From a virus, in the IMG/VR virus record IMGVR_UViG_3300030333_007852, positions 5,328-69,327 of that record: 64,000 nt of DNA; one strand, written 5' to 3'. Under the pieces are notes generated by a model, which was not told the DNA's origin, did no database searches, and worked only from the letters and a program-made list of their open reading frames with translations. Shown here piece after piece: positions 26,561-36,839 of this stretch. Numbering within the stretch: position 1 is the stretch's first letter; each line of letters begins with the position of its first letter. Made by a program: the position numbers and the translations under genes.

Positions 26561-28206
26561 TTAACCTCCTTAATTTTAGGGTTATCAAACATATATGTCT
26601 TAATTCCGACAACGTTATTAGAATAAGTGGACCTGCTAAAAATGTGCTGTACCTGAACAGCAAAATAAGTACCCATCACTTTGTCATCATACTTACTATT
26701 TTGTACACCTCTTTGTCTATCAAAACTGAAAAACTTACCAGCACTTCTAAACGTTAAACCTTTTAGTTCTAATTCAATAGCGTTGTTTAAGAAAATCATA
26801 TTTTTAAGAATTTCGTTTCTACCGGGACCTAATCTCTGATCAGGTTCTTTATCATTAATAGAAAATGTATTTTTGTAGTTAATATTATTCTTTCTTATTT
26901 GATTTAAAAATGTATTGGTTGTAATATTATCACCAGAGACAAATAGAGGAAACTCTCCATCACCTTTAACAAAGAATGAATAATAGTCATCCATAGTCTT
27001 CTTAATATTGTTATTCGTTAAATCTATCTGAAATTGTTTATCGTTTAACTGATAAGAGTGCACTGCTGTGGTAATTAATTTTGATTGTGTGTCCTGACCT
27101 CTCATATTATGAAAGCTATAATTTTCTACCATTGAGAAGTCATTAAAAGTTAAATTGTTAAAAGGTGTATTAGGGGTGCGTTTCTTTAAATTTTGTGTAT
27201 ATCTTGCAGCTGATTCTGTACCTAAGTATATTGTTTCTAAGTGAATATTACCCCCTGCAGTACCATCTTTACTTTGAAAGATAGCATTTTTAAAATAATC
27301 TTTATAACTAATAAGAGTGTATAATTGAGAGTACCTATCCTTTCTTAGTATACATGGATCGTAAGGAGTGTTAGAAGAAGTATGTCTTTGCAAGACGTAA
27401 TTAATATCGTCTAACACACAACTTTCACCCGGTGATGAATAAAACAATTCAGTTGCACCTCTACTAAACAAATTGTCATTAATAACTGATCCGTTTTGTT
27501 GAGTACTTTCGCCAGAGCCTCCTTTATCTAACCCTTGAATGATTAAATTTTTAATTATTTCACCAGTATATATTTGACGCCCGTCATCATCTGCTCCTTC
27601 AAGATTACTACCTTTTGCGTATTTAGCTGAACTAAAGAAAAGATTTTTTTCTCTCATTAGCTCAATATCAGCATCTACAAAATTTAATTTTTTATATTTT
27701 ATATCAGGTTGATCTGGAGCATTAAAGTCTTCATTACTCGTAATTGAAAATGTATAAAATAAAGTAGATATGGGTTTTATATCTTGAGAGTCAGAACCTT
27801 CAACTATGTCTTCAATTTCAGGTTCAATATAGACAACCAAATAATCTCTACAATCATTTCTAAAAAAGAATTCATCTAATACAGACCCATCTTCATTTTT
27901 AGGTTGCCTTGAAAAATAATTTTCTTGTTGATCTAATTGAATGTTATAATTGCTTCTTTCAATAGCATCATTTTGGTTTCTAATAATGATTGTACCGCTT
28001 GCAGCTATTTCTAAAATGTTATCATTAATTTGTAATAATTCTATTGCATCATTAGCTAAGCCAAAATATTGACCATCACCGTTCATTAAAAATACAAAAA
28101 ATTTATAATCGACATTATCTATTCTAAAATTATTACTACCTTTAGATAACGATTCATCAATTATTGGATCACCTATAAGATGTGGTTTGGTTTGAAAGTT
28201 AGGCAT
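26557..28206 (-). CDS. baseplate hub protein (gp27/GpD-like)
   Basis: C-terminal LELKGLTFRSAGK...GTYFAVQVQHIF; position after the gp53-like gene. Confidence 0.6.
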   Translation of the reverse strand: MPNFQTKPHLIGDPIIDESLSKGSNNFRIDNVDYKFFVFLMNGDGQYFGLANDAIELLQINDNILEIAASGTIIIRNQNDAIERSNYNIQLDQQENYFSRQPKNEDGSVLDEFFFRNDCRDYLVVYIEPEIEDIVEGSDSQDIKPISTLFYTFSITSNEDFNAPDQPDIKYKKLNFVDADIELMREKNLFFSSAKYAKGSNLEGADDDGRQIYTGEIIKNLIIQGLDKGGSGESTQQNGSVINDNLFSRGATELFYSSPGESCVLDDINYVLQRHTSSNTPYDPCILRKDRYSQLYTLISYKDYFKNAIFQSKDGTAGGNIHLETIYLGTESAARYTQNLKKRTPNTPFNNLTFNDFSMVENYSFHNMRGQDTQSKLITTAVHSYQLNDKQFQIDLTNNNIKKTMDDYYSFFVKGDGEFPLFVSGDNITTNTFLNQIRKNNINYKNTFSINDKEPDQRLGPGRNEILKNMIFLNNAIELELKGLTFRSAGKFFSFDRQRGVQNSKYDDKVMGTYFAVQVQHIFSRSTYSNNVVGIKTYMFDNPKIKEVK

Positions 28207-28585
28207 TTTTTTGTATCTGTATTTGTGTGAGTACTTCTTCTATAAATTCAGGCTTTATATATCTTAACACTGTTCCTGTTTTAGGTAAAATGACAGGGTT
28301 AGTTATCCTGTTTATTTCAGTAATCGTCCACCACAAAAATATAGTACCATAAATGTTATAACTTATAATAGTCCAAGGCACGGATCTATCAAGAGAAAAG
28401 TAGTTAACAAATTTATCGTCTATTTCATCAGGAAAAGATATAGATTTATTTAAATTATAAAAATAGTGATTATTATCGTTTAAAAATAATCTAAAAATAT
28501 TTTCGTATCTATTTCTACCTAAATTAGGCAAACCAGGAATGTTTGACTGATATATGCCTTTTGAATTGTTAGCTGTTTCTGTCAA
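28199..28585 (-). CDS. baseplate wedge gp53/LysM-like
   Basis: WTIISYNIYGTIFLWWTITEINRITNP. Confidence 0.75.
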   Translation of the reverse strand: MTETANNSKGIYQSNIPGLPNLGRNRYENIFRLFLNDNNHYFYNLNKSISFPDEIDDKFVNYFSLDRSVPWTIISYNIYGTIFLWWTITEINRITNPVILPKTGTVLRYIKPEFIEEVLTQIQIQKNA

Positions 28586-30099
28586 AGTCTATAACTCCCC
28601 CCTTCACCGTACGATTCTACGATATCTTGAGCCCATTTAAACGTACGAGCATTTGTTTCTTTTCTGTAATAACCATCGCCTACTTCTTCGGTAGTAGTAC
28701 CGGTAGAAGTTGAACCTGTAATTTCACCCACTTTAATAATTTTCTCTTGAATAGAAGAGAATAATAAATTCTTAGTCTGAGCAATCATAGGTTGTAATGT
28801 CATTCTTATTTCATAAGCATCAGGAACAATAGCTTCAATAACTGAAGGTATTTTTATACCATCATGAGTATAAGATATCCCTTTAGTATCTATATTCATC
28901 ATTCTTGTACTACCTTTATAGTTGATCGTTAAGCTACTTATGAAGCAATAAGGCTCTCTTCTATTACCTGGCATTTGTATGTCATACACTACAGGAGGTT
29001 CAACAATAATTTTATCTTGCCTTAAAGGTAAGTTCTGATATAACAAAAGAAGAACTAACTTAAAGTTATTACAAATGTCATCATAAGTCGCAGGGTGGGT
29101 GTTATATAACGGAAACACCACTTCAATGGGATCACCTTCAGATGGGTAATCATAATTTTTTGCTCTTTCAATTTTTGCACCACCAGCTTGTTGTAAAAGT
29201 CTAAGAGTACCTCCTAAATATTCAGCTGCTTCGGTCCCAGCTCCCACCAAATCAGTTAAATCTTTGGTAATGTTTGTAGCACCGCCTTCACTAAATTGAC
29301 CTCTCTGATTTAGTACTGAAGTATTAAGGTAGGGTAATTTATAATTAAAGCCAGTAGGAGCAAGAATATAAAGTCTTTGATATGGAAATAATACCTTTTC
29401 TAAATCAGGGTTTGTAAAATGTTGAAAGATGGAAACGTAATTTTCATACCCTTCACTTATTTCATTAAAAATATTAGGTATAGAAGATACCGTACCTTTT
29501 AATACACCTAAAGTAGCACTTAAAGCAGACCCTTCTCTGACATTTTCATTACCAGCTGGTTCTACTGCACCTGTTGGAGATATATTTTGTACTGCTGTAT
29601 TTTGCTCACTGTCACCAATTGTAGAAGTATTTCTTAATAGTTCATCATATACACCTCTCACGTAGCCGAAACCTTCTACATCTAATAAAGATGAAAGAGA
29701 GTATAAAGCTTGAGCAATTAAATTGTTGACGAGAAAAAACTTCTCTTTCATTATAATACCAGGAGGCGGGTCAACTAGTTTTTTATCTCTTTTTCTAGAA
29801 TATTGTGGGGAAATAGTCCACATATAATCTTCTAAAACGTTAACATAAGTCATTAAACCTTGACTACCTGTTAGCAAGCTAGAATTAAGAGCATTTAGTC
29901 TGTAATTTTTTATTTGACTAAAAGGTGTAACCGGTACGTTCCATGTACCATTTTTTGTTTGACCGTTTTGCTCTGTGGTAACAACAGATGCTAGTTCCTG
30001 CGATACACGTGCTGCTGTACCGGGCATTATAAGAGGAGTATATTCAGATCTTAAATCGATTGAATCAGCTCCTACAAATGTATAATTTAAACTAGGCAT
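28582..30099 (-). CDS. baseplate-tail tube cap/initiator (gp48/gp54-like)
   Basis: PPVVYDI...CFISSLTINYKG tube-fold motif; synteny. Confidence 0.55.
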   Translation of the reverse strand: MPSLNYTFVGADSIDLRSEYTPLIMPGTAARVSQELASVVTTEQNGQTKNGTWNVPVTPFSQIKNYRLNALNSSLLTGSQGLMTYVNVLEDYMWTISPQYSRKRDKKLVDPPPGIIMKEKFFLVNNLIAQALYSLSSLLDVEGFGYVRGVYDELLRNTSTIGDSEQNTAVQNISPTGAVEPAGNENVREGSALSATLGVLKGTVSSIPNIFNEISEGYENYVSIFQHFTNPDLEKVLFPYQRLYILAPTGFNYKLPYLNTSVLNQRGQFSEGGATNITKDLTDLVGAGTEAAEYLGGTLRLLQQAGGAKIERAKNYDYPSEGDPIEVVFPLYNTHPATYDDICNNFKLVLLLLYQNLPLRQDKIIVEPPVVYDIQMPGNRREPYCFISSLTINYKGSTRMMNIDTKGISYTHDGIKIPSVIEAIVPDAYEIRMTLQPMIAQTKNLLFSSIQEKIIKVGEITGSTSTGTTTEEVGDGYYRKETNARTFKWAQDIVESYGEGGSYRL

Positions 30100-30113
30100 T
30101 ATATATATTTAAA

Positions 30114-32609
30114 TTAAAAATCGTTTGCTACTCCTTTTCGAAATGTACTAATACCACCTTCAACCGAAAAATTATAGTTATAAGTAGGAGCACTAGTTAC
30201 GGTATTATTACTAGCAGCTTTATCGTCTTTATTGATTATGGTATCAATCAGTTTTTGCATTAAATTATTGTTTAATTGTGACTGTTCTTTTAAATCTTTG
30301 ACGTCAGATTCTCTAGTTTCTAATAAATTTAAATGAGCTGGGTCATATGGAACTGGTGTTTGAGCTGATACAACCGCTTCCTTAAATGCTTCTCCTGCTT
30401 CTTCTATGAAACGATCTTTTTCAAATTGATCATATAAGCTTTGGTCAGGTTGCATTTCCTCTTTAGGCATTTCTTCTTGTTGCTCTCTCTTGTTTTTAAT
30501 ATTTTCAATATAAGCTTTATCAACCCTCTTTTGAAAATCTTCATCACTTTCATCAAAAATGAAACCTTCTTCTCTTTTCATTATGATACCAGCTTCTTCA
30601 AGAGCTTTTAGCCTCTTCTCTAAAAGAGTCATTCTTCCTTGTTCACTTTGTTCATCAACAGCTTTAGCATCTTTAATCGTGTCGTATATTTCACCTGGTG
30701 TTTTTATTGCGCCAAAAGCTTCATCTATTTTGTTTTTAACGAAATCTATTGCTTCTTGTATTAGATCACCTATTTGATCAATCATATCAAAAAACGGGTC
30801 TATGATTTTTTCATTAACCCAAAGTTCCATATACTTGTTAATACTAATATCACCATAAGCAGGTACCCCTGCACTTAATGGAGCAGTAAACCAATCAATA
30901 CCACTATCTATTAATCTTAAAATTGATGAAACAGGGTGTTCAAAATCACCCGGTGTTAATTTATCTAAGAAGTCTGCAAAATTTTCAATACTAGGATTTT
31001 GTGCTAAAGTTGCAACAGCTCCTCCTACATTTGATAAGTATTTGTAAAAAGAGGTTTCTTTAAAACTACCCCAAACATTTCTCATTGCGTTTGCTATCGC
31101 GTTACCACCTGCGGTAGTAAATGAATCCGAATCTTCTAGCATTTCTATACCATCAACATCATAAAACCAACTAGCTAACCATTTAGCAGCTTCGAACATT
31201 GCAGGGTCTCCAGCTAAGGTAGTCATAAGGACTTTACCAAAGCCTTCAAGAGAAGGAGCAGTTACAAAAGCTTGAATAGCTTCGCCTGATTTTATAGCCC
31301 ACCCAATCATTGGAGCTTTTTTTAACATACCCCAAATTACGGTAGTTATAGATTCGAAAAACGAAGGTGGTCTACCTTCTCTTTCTTCAAATTCTTCAGC
31401 TTCACTTTCATAAAGGTAGTTAAGAAAATCTATACCAAGACCAATTGCAGTTCCAACCCCTGGGAACAAATAAGCTATACCTGCTGCTACATTAGCTACA
31501 CCAGATAACATTTTTGCTGGTTCACCGGTGATCATTTTAGCTGCAGCTTCACCTAATGATATAACTAAACCAATAACAGGTAATTTTTTTAATAACCAAA
31601 CTCCACCTGCTTTACCACCGCTTATTATACCCTTTAACCATTTATTATCCTTAAGTGCAGTTTTTATTTTGTCAAAATGTTCACCAAATTTAATTTCACC
31701 AAATGCTGCTGGAATTATAGAAAAAATAGATTTAAAACCTTTAGTAAATGTCTTTAATATATCTTTAGTAAACTTACCAATTCTAGTTTCAGCAATTTTA
31801 TTAAGAACAGTTGCAGCACTTTCATATATTGCTCCGCCTTTGCGTAGTGGACTAGTAAGTGCTTTAAAAGTACCAGTGATTAGACCTGTAACTGTGGTTG
31901 CTATATTTCTTAAAAACCCACCTTCTTTAAGAGAATTAGATACCCCTTTTATAATGTTCGGAATTGCAGCTCCAATTCCTAAACTAGCTACAAGAGATCT
32001 CATTTCCATCCCCATGCTAGTTAATATCATTGCTATACCAGCACCAACAAACCCATACCAAAATCTGTTTTTCCAAATCGATTCTTTATCAATATCAACA
32101 CCTTCTGGTAATTGTAGTATATTATTTGCATCTTGTTTTAACGCAGACGCCATTTCATTCAAAGCATCTGGTGAATAGCCGTCAACAAAAACTTTTTCTT
32201 TTTCTTGTACAACTTCTCTTGGTTCATCATCTTTTTTGTTAGAAATTTTTACTACTTTATCTACATTAGAGAGGCTTTGTGAAATACTTTCAAGATATTT
32301 TTCAGACTTGTTTAACTTGCGTAATAAACTCTTACGAAGCTTTAATAAAGAGTCATCTATTTTATTTCCTAGAACTTCGGCACTAGCAGCATACATTTCT
32401 GCTTGTTGCTCATTATTTGAAACTTTTTTCTCAAATTCAAAACCAAATGCTTTGAATTTTTTAGATATTTCAGAAGATACTTGATTAAACAGTTCAACAT
32501 TAACAGATTTTAAATCTGCAGGTTTACTATGCTCAGCATTTTTTTTGACTAATTCAGCTAGTTTCTTAACAGCTTTAGCTAATTCTAATATAGACGGATC
32601 TTCCGGCAT
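30114..32609 (-). CDS. tape measure-like protein
   Basis: long helical protein with LKKLPVIGLVIS and FPGVGTAIGLGID hydrophobic segments; between gp26- and gp48-like genes. Confidence 0.6.
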   Translation of the reverse strand: MPEDPSILELAKAVKKLAELVKKNAEHSKPADLKSVNVELFNQVSSEISKKFKAFGFEFEKKVSNNEQQAEMYAASAEVLGNKIDDSLLKLRKSLLRKLNKSEKYLESISQSLSNVDKVVKISNKKDDEPREVVQEKEKVFVDGYSPDALNEMASALKQDANNILQLPEGVDIDKESIWKNRFWYGFVGAGIAMILTSMGMEMRSLVASLGIGAAIPNIIKGVSNSLKEGGFLRNIATTVTGLITGTFKALTSPLRKGGAIYESAATVLNKIAETRIGKFTKDILKTFTKGFKSIFSIIPAAFGEIKFGEHFDKIKTALKDNKWLKGIISGGKAGGVWLLKKLPVIGLVISLGEAAAKMITGEPAKMLSGVANVAAGIAYLFPGVGTAIGLGIDFLNYLYESEAEEFEEREGRPPSFFESITTVIWGMLKKAPMIGWAIKSGEAIQAFVTAPSLEGFGKVLMTTLAGDPAMFEAAKWLASWFYDVDGIEMLEDSDSFTTAGGNAIANAMRNVWGSFKETSFYKYLSNVGGAVATLAQNPSIENFADFLDKLTPGDFEHPVSSILRLIDSGIDWFTAPLSAGVPAYGDISINKYMELWVNEKIIDPFFDMIDQIGDLIQEAIDFVKNKIDEAFGAIKTPGEIYDTIKDAKAVDEQSEQGRMTLLEKRLKALEEAGIIMKREEGFIFDESDEDFQKRVDKAYIENIKNKREQQEEMPKEEMQPDQSLYDQFEKDRFIEEAGEAFKEAVVSAQTPVPYDPAHLNLLETRESDVKDLKEQSQLNNNLMQKLIDTIINKDDKAASNNTVTSAPTYNYNFSVEGGISTFRKGVANDF

Positions 32610-32632
32610 CTATATTATTTATCACATAACTG

Positions 32633-33373
32633 TTAAGAGAACAATTGATTTGATACATCGAGTTTTACACCATCGACGGTAGTGACTTCAGTTTCAACCT
32701 TTTTGACTTCTTCAATGAACTTCATAATAAGTTTTACGAAATTACCAGGTAAAGCTTCAATTAGTTGAATTTTTTCATCATAACTCATTTCGATTAAGGA
32801 AATTGTTTCTTTTTCAATCTTAATAGACTTAATAAATTTAAGAATTTCACTAATGTATAGTTCACTTACTATAGTATTGGTAGGAGTATCTTTGTTAATT
32901 AACTTAGATACAGCATCATTTATTTTTTCTTCGTACTCGATAGTAGGTACACTTACCTCAGCAGTAATGTCTCTGTTAGTGATATTTTTAGTATCAAAAA
33001 GTTTACCATACTTGTAAGAGGTTACCTTTTTAATAACATCATCAATATTAACATCACCTTCTTCTGTATCCAAAGTATCACCTAAAGAGGAAGCACGATA
33101 TGCAAGAACGATAGCAAGACGATCAAATTGATTAAGACTATTTACATCTACACCGTCGTCACAATTTTCAGCAATAATATTATTAAACAACTTATTAAAT
33201 GTAATAACTTGCGATGCATCTTCCGGCATAGCAGCTAATATATTTTTCTGTTGTCTTAAAGTAAAGGGTAAAAACTTAACCTTTTTATTGAGTGAAGGAA
33301 GAAAGACCACGGGGCCTTTCTTCTTATTAAGTTCTTGGAGTTTAGTTAAAATATTAGAACTACTTGTACTCAT
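32633..33373 (-). CDS. baseplate hub assembly protein, gp26-like
   Basis: LPSLNKKVKFLPFTLRQQK...LNQFDRLAIVLAYRASSLG. Confidence 0.75.
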   Translation of the reverse strand: MSTSSSNILTKLQELNKKKGPVVFLPSLNKKVKFLPFTLRQQKNILAAMPEDASQVITFNKLFNNIIAENCDDGVDVNSLNQFDRLAIVLAYRASSLGDTLDTEEGDVNIDDVIKKVTSYKYGKLFDTKNITNRDITAEVSVPTIEYEEKINDAVSKLINKDTPTNTIVSELYISEILKFIKSIKIEKETISLIEMSYDEKIQLIEALPGNFVKLIMKFIEEVKKVETEVTTVDGVKLDVSNQLFS

Positions 33374-33377
33374 ATAT

Positions 33378-34058
33378 CTATTTACTATAGGCTTCTAACA
33401 TATCAATAACTTCACGTTTCATATACGGAGTGTTGTATTTTGTCCAAACTTTAGCTTCTCTATCATAATAAAAACAAGCTAGCTCGCCTACTAATTGACC
33501 TGTCAAGATAGTTTGCATATATGCATACAAACTAAGTTGAAGAGAGTAAGTAGTATACTGACACTCAGGTAAATGTGAAAGAGGGTTAAGCATGTAACCA
33601 CCATATTGGTTTGTGAAGTTAAACGCTTTGTTGGTTTTAAAATCGTAAAGGTTAAAATATTTACCATTATTTTCAAAAACATCAGTTGTACCTGCAACTT
33701 TATGTTCATGCAACCAAAGACGTTTTTCTGGTTCAATTTTTTTACGATCAGGTTCCCATATAGATTCTATAGGTTTGACATAGTTATCATAATCATCACT
33801 AGATACTGTTTTATCATGAAGCCAATCTTCCATTACTAGGTGAATGCTAGTACCATAATCACAAGCAGCTTTGTTATTCGTCTTCCAACGTTCTTTAATT
33901 TCTTCTTGAGATACTCCTTCTTTATCAGCTACGCGTTTAGAATGCTTTTCTACATCGAAAGGTATTTTAAATTTACCTATAAGAGTGGTAGCGCTAATAT
34001 ATTTTTCTCTAGTAAGAGAGTTAATATAAGAATGCTTTTTAGGGTCAAATTCGATCAT
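33378..34058 (-). CDS. PD-(D/E)XK (Cas4/RecB-like) exonuclease
   Basis: SATTLI, GTSIH, AGTTD, DFKT and LQLSLYA motifs; TGCTATAAT 7 nt upstream. Confidence 0.85.
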   Translation of the reverse strand: MIEFDPKKHSYINSLTREKYISATTLIGKFKIPFDVEKHSKRVADKEGVSQEEIKERWKTNNKAACDYGTSIHLVMEDWLHDKTVSSDDYDNYVKPIESIWEPDRKKIEPEKRLWLHEHKVAGTTDVFENNGKYFNLYDFKTNKAFNFTNQYGGYMLNPLSHLPECQYTTYSLQLSLYAYMQTILTGQLVGELACFYYDREAKVWTKYNTPYMKREVIDMLEAYSK

Positions 34059-34079
34059 TAAAGGTATTATAGCACCGAA

Positions 34080-34370
34080 CTATAAAATACCATTATCGTC
34101 GTCGTCTTCTTCATCGATATCTTCTTCTTGTATAAATTCAATTTCTTCGTCGTCTATAGAAACCAAAACTTGAAGACAAGAAACAATATACTTACGACGT
34201 TTTTGTTTGAAAATTTCTACAAAGTTTAATCTTCCTAATCTAGTAGAAACCGGACCATAATATTTTTTCGGTATGTATAATAATATTGAACCGTTTTCGG
34301 GATCCAAAATTACTGTATCACAGAACTCTTCACATACACCATAAGCCAGTTTTAATAAATCCTGGTCCAT
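34080..34370 (-). CDS. hypothetical protein with acidic tail
   Basis: start trimmed to MDQDLL behind TAAATA at 34376-34381. Confidence 0.6.
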   Translation of the reverse strand: MDQDLLKLAYGVCEEFCDTVILDPENGSILLYIPKKYYGPVSTRLGRLNFVEIFKQKRRKYIVSCLQVLVSIDDEEIEFIQEEDIDEEDDDDNGIL

Positions 34371-34389
34371 ATGTATATTTATGGAAAAA

Positions 34390-34746
34390 TTACTGTCTAT
34401 TTTGAGGTGTGCCGTTATACCAATGCGCTCTTGCGTATAACGTGCCTGCAGGCCCGGCAGCACTAAGTTGATCCGTCTCAGACATTCCCATTATAACAAA
34501 TTTTTGTCCATCAGGAATATCGAATTGGTTTAAAGAAGCGGGGTCAACAGATTCAGAATTACCACACTTAATGCTAAGTGTACCACCGGTTGTGTTAAAA
34601 ATAACAACTTCACTACATTTAACCTTAATATCAGGTTTAACATAAGCACCACCGCCAGGCAATGTGAATGCAATATTATAGCAGTGATTTAAATTAACGT
34701 ATCTTGTATCTGACGGTATCGCCGGTAACGTTGGATCATATGACAT
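34390..34746 (-). CDS. small beta-rich late (possibly virion) protein
   Basis: TAAATA at 34752-34757; carries QLSAAG. Confidence 0.55.
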   Translation of the reverse strand: MSYDPTLPAIPSDTRYVNLNHCYNIAFTLPGGGAYVKPDIKVKCSEVVIFNTTGGTLSIKCGNSESVDPASLNQFDIPDGQKFVIMGMSETDQLSAAGPAGTLYARAHWYNGTPQNRQ

Positions 34747-34754
34747 ATAGATAT

Positions 34755-35153
34755 TTATTCTCCATATGGTTTGTATTTACCCGATGCCATTAATTCCTTA
34801 TTTTTTTTGACTAATTCTTTACGTTTTGTCCCGCCAGCTTTCTCATCAGCAATAACTTCATTAGTATGTACTCTTAAAAATTTCCATCGTTTTTCTACCG
34901 CTTCAATAGCCTCTTCTAATGTTTCATAGTATATAGGAGTATCATCATAGGTATTGTTAAAGCTTTGGTTAAGTCTGTAACCTTGAGCTAAAGGTTTATA
35001 AGTGGTTTTTTCAAATACATGTTTGGTTGCAGGATCTACTTCACCTTTTTCATATCTCATTACTGAAAGATACCCGGTATCATAATCTCTAATATACCAA
35101 ACATTACCGGAATCACTTTTATGCCAAGTGTGCCAACGATCGTAATCTTTCAT
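34755..35153 (-). CDS. hypothetical protein
   Basis: ORF in operon. Confidence 0.6.
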   Translation of the reverse strand: MKDYDRWHTWHKSDSGNVWYIRDYDTGYLSVMRYEKGEVDPATKHVFEKTTYKPLAQGYRLNQSFNNTYDDTPIYYETLEEAIEAVEKRWKFLRVHTNEVIADEKAGGTKRKELVKKNKELMASGKYKPYGE

Positions 35154-35395
35154 TAATTATAAACCCAGACGTGCACTTTCTTATTATGTTTTGCTTTAGG
35201 AACAAAACCTTCATCTACCATGTAAGTAATAACGTTATCCACGAATTTTTTAGTTTTTTTATCACCCATTTTAGGGGTTTTAATAAAAATATTCTCATTC
35301 TTAGTTAACGCTATATCGCAGTTAAGAAGACTTAAGTATTTTGATCCAAAGGTCAATAATTTTAGATCGGGTACCTTTTCAAAAAAATTGGCCAT
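35153..35395 (-). CDS. hypothetical protein
   Basis: ORF in operon. Confidence 0.6.
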   Translation of the reverse strand: MANFFEKVPDLKLLTFGSKYLSLLNCDIALTKNENIFIKTPKMGDKKTKKFVDNVITYMVDEGFVPKAKHNKKVHVWVYN

Positions 35396-35409
35396 ACCTC
35401 ATCAAATAC

Positions 35410-35631
35410 TTATTGTTCGATGAAGCCTTTATCAAGCGAATAAACTAGTTGTGATTCATTAAAATAAACTTCCTTAATTTCTTGGAATTTCCAATTAATG
35501 CCATCTTGCACTTCTTTATGGGCTTCCATTGCAGAAAATGCATTAACATTGACGATCTCATCCGCGGCAGGATTCAATCCAGACATATCATCTCTGACAC
35601 CAACAACAACTTTATAAGCATTTGTCTTCAT
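35410..35631 (-). CDS. hypothetical protein
   Basis: ORF behind a sigma70-type promoter. Confidence 0.6.
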   Translation of the reverse strand: MKTNAYKVVVGVRDDMSGLNPAADEIVNVNAFSAMEAHKEVQDGINWKFQEIKEVYFNESQLVYSLDKGFIEQ

Positions 35632-35638
35632 ACGTAAA

Positions 35639-35673
35639 ATTATATGAAAAATCTACTACTAATCAACTAAATA
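35639..35673. promoter_or_regulatory. back-to-back promoters: minus TTGATT-N16-TATAAT and plus TAAATA
   Basis: -10 at 35639-35644, -35 at 35661-35666, TAAATA at 35668-35673. Confidence 0.7.
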
Positions 35674-35678
35674 TTTTT

Positions 35679-36242
35679 ATGTTAGGAATAAGCAGTCTTA
35701 TATCTGGTTTAGCTGGACCGGTATCTGGAGTGATAAACAAGTTTATCTCCAAGAAAGAAGACCAAATGAAAGCGCAAGCTGAGCTTGATAGAATTCAAAA
35801 AGACTTTGAGAAAAAGTTAATTGATCAACAAAGCCAGATGTTAAATGCACAAAAAGACTTAATAACCGCAGAGGTTACAGGTCACCCTTTCCAGAGAAAC
35901 TGGAGACCAGCACTTATGTGGATTATTATTCTTATCATTGCTAACAATTATCTTGTCGCTCCCATCGTTAATCAATTGTCCACTGTATTTGGTTGGGGAA
36001 CTATACTCCCGTTGTTAGAGCTACCGGATAAGTTGTTTAATCTTATGTCTATAGGCTTGGGAGGTTATATAGTAGGCAGAAGTGCAGAGAAGATAGTTCC
36101 TCAGATGGCAGAATCCAAAGCTCTTATTACTGCAGGAACTACTCCTGAAAAGCTTGAAAAGAAAAAGGCCGCTAAACAAGAAATAGAAGAACATGTAAAA
36201 GAGATAACAAAACCTAAGAAGGATTTAGGTTTTAGATTCTAA
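35679..36242 (+). CDS. 3-TM (GTA-type) holin
   Basis: FQRNWRPALMW...LGGYIVGRSAEK; start trimmed to ATG 35679. Confidence 0.85.
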   Translation: MLGISSLISGLAGPVSGVINKFISKKEDQMKAQAELDRIQKDFEKKLIDQQSQMLNAQKDLITAEVTGHPFQRNWRPALMWIIILIIANNYLVAPIVNQLSTVFGWGTILPLLELPDKLFNLMSIGLGGYIVGRSAEKIVPQMAESKALITAGTTPEKLEKKKAAKQEIEEHVKEITKPKKDLGFRF

Positions 36243-36633
36243 ATAAAGCAGTACTCGTACCTCTTTTTAAGATAGCAAGAGAACTCCATTTATCTAAATT
36301 AATGTTTTCGAAGAGCTTTACTTTTGGTCTTGGGTGTAAGAAATGAACTTGACTACCTTCAATGTCATAATCCCCTACATTTGTACAATAAACGTGAGTA
36401 TACCTATCAGAAAAGTTTAATTGCATTTCAACGTCACTAAAGCTTTCATGCAAAAGCTTATAGATAGAAGGTAAATTATTGGTACCTGAAGCTTGATATA
36501 ATTCTAATAATTTCTTTTCGAAATTAATAGGTTCGGAAAATTTAACGTGTTTGGATACTTTATTTACTTTTTCGTATGGACTATTATGTGTAGAAAAATA
36601 TTTTTCTAGAAGAATGTTATTGTCTTTGTCCAT
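36232..36633 (-). CDS. late protein with CTS-like N-terminus
   Basis: MDKDNNILLE-KY; TAAATA at 36639-36644. Confidence 0.55.
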   Translation of the reverse strand: MDKDNNILLEKYFSTHNSPYEKVNKVSKHVKFSEPINFEKKLLELYQASGTNNLPSIYKLLHESFSDVEMQLNFSDRYTHVYCTNVGDYDIEGSQVHFLHPRPKVKLFENINLDKWSSLAILKRGTSTALFRI

Positions 36634-36641
36634 ACATATAT

Positions 36642-36839
36642 TTATCCGAATAAGAGATTATCTTTGTTACTTTTTTCTTCGTAAACTTTATTATAGCATT
36701 CTGAGCATAATTGACCGCACCCTTCTACATAGTAATTTCTATAATCAATATGTGTATTCTCAGTGTAAGGTGTGTCGCATTTGCAAATCACGCACTTGTC
36801 AAGTTTAACTCCGTCAGTTTCAGTTATTAAGTTGTTCAT
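36642..36839 (-). CDS. small Zn-binding phage protein
   Basis: CVIC...YVEGCGQLCSEC. Confidence 0.65.
   Translation of the reverse strand: MNNLITETDGVKLDKCVICKCDTPYTENTHIDYRNYYVEGCGQLCSECYNKVYEEKSNKDNLLFG

Noticed and set aside
31528-32178. 216-aa plus-strand ORF opposite the tape measure gene
   Set aside because: Antisense shadow with no recognisable motif or upstream promoter box.
33378-34058. Cas4-like nuclease as CRISPR evidence
   Set aside because: Stand-alone PD-(D/E)XK nucleases are common in phages; no array or other cas genes.
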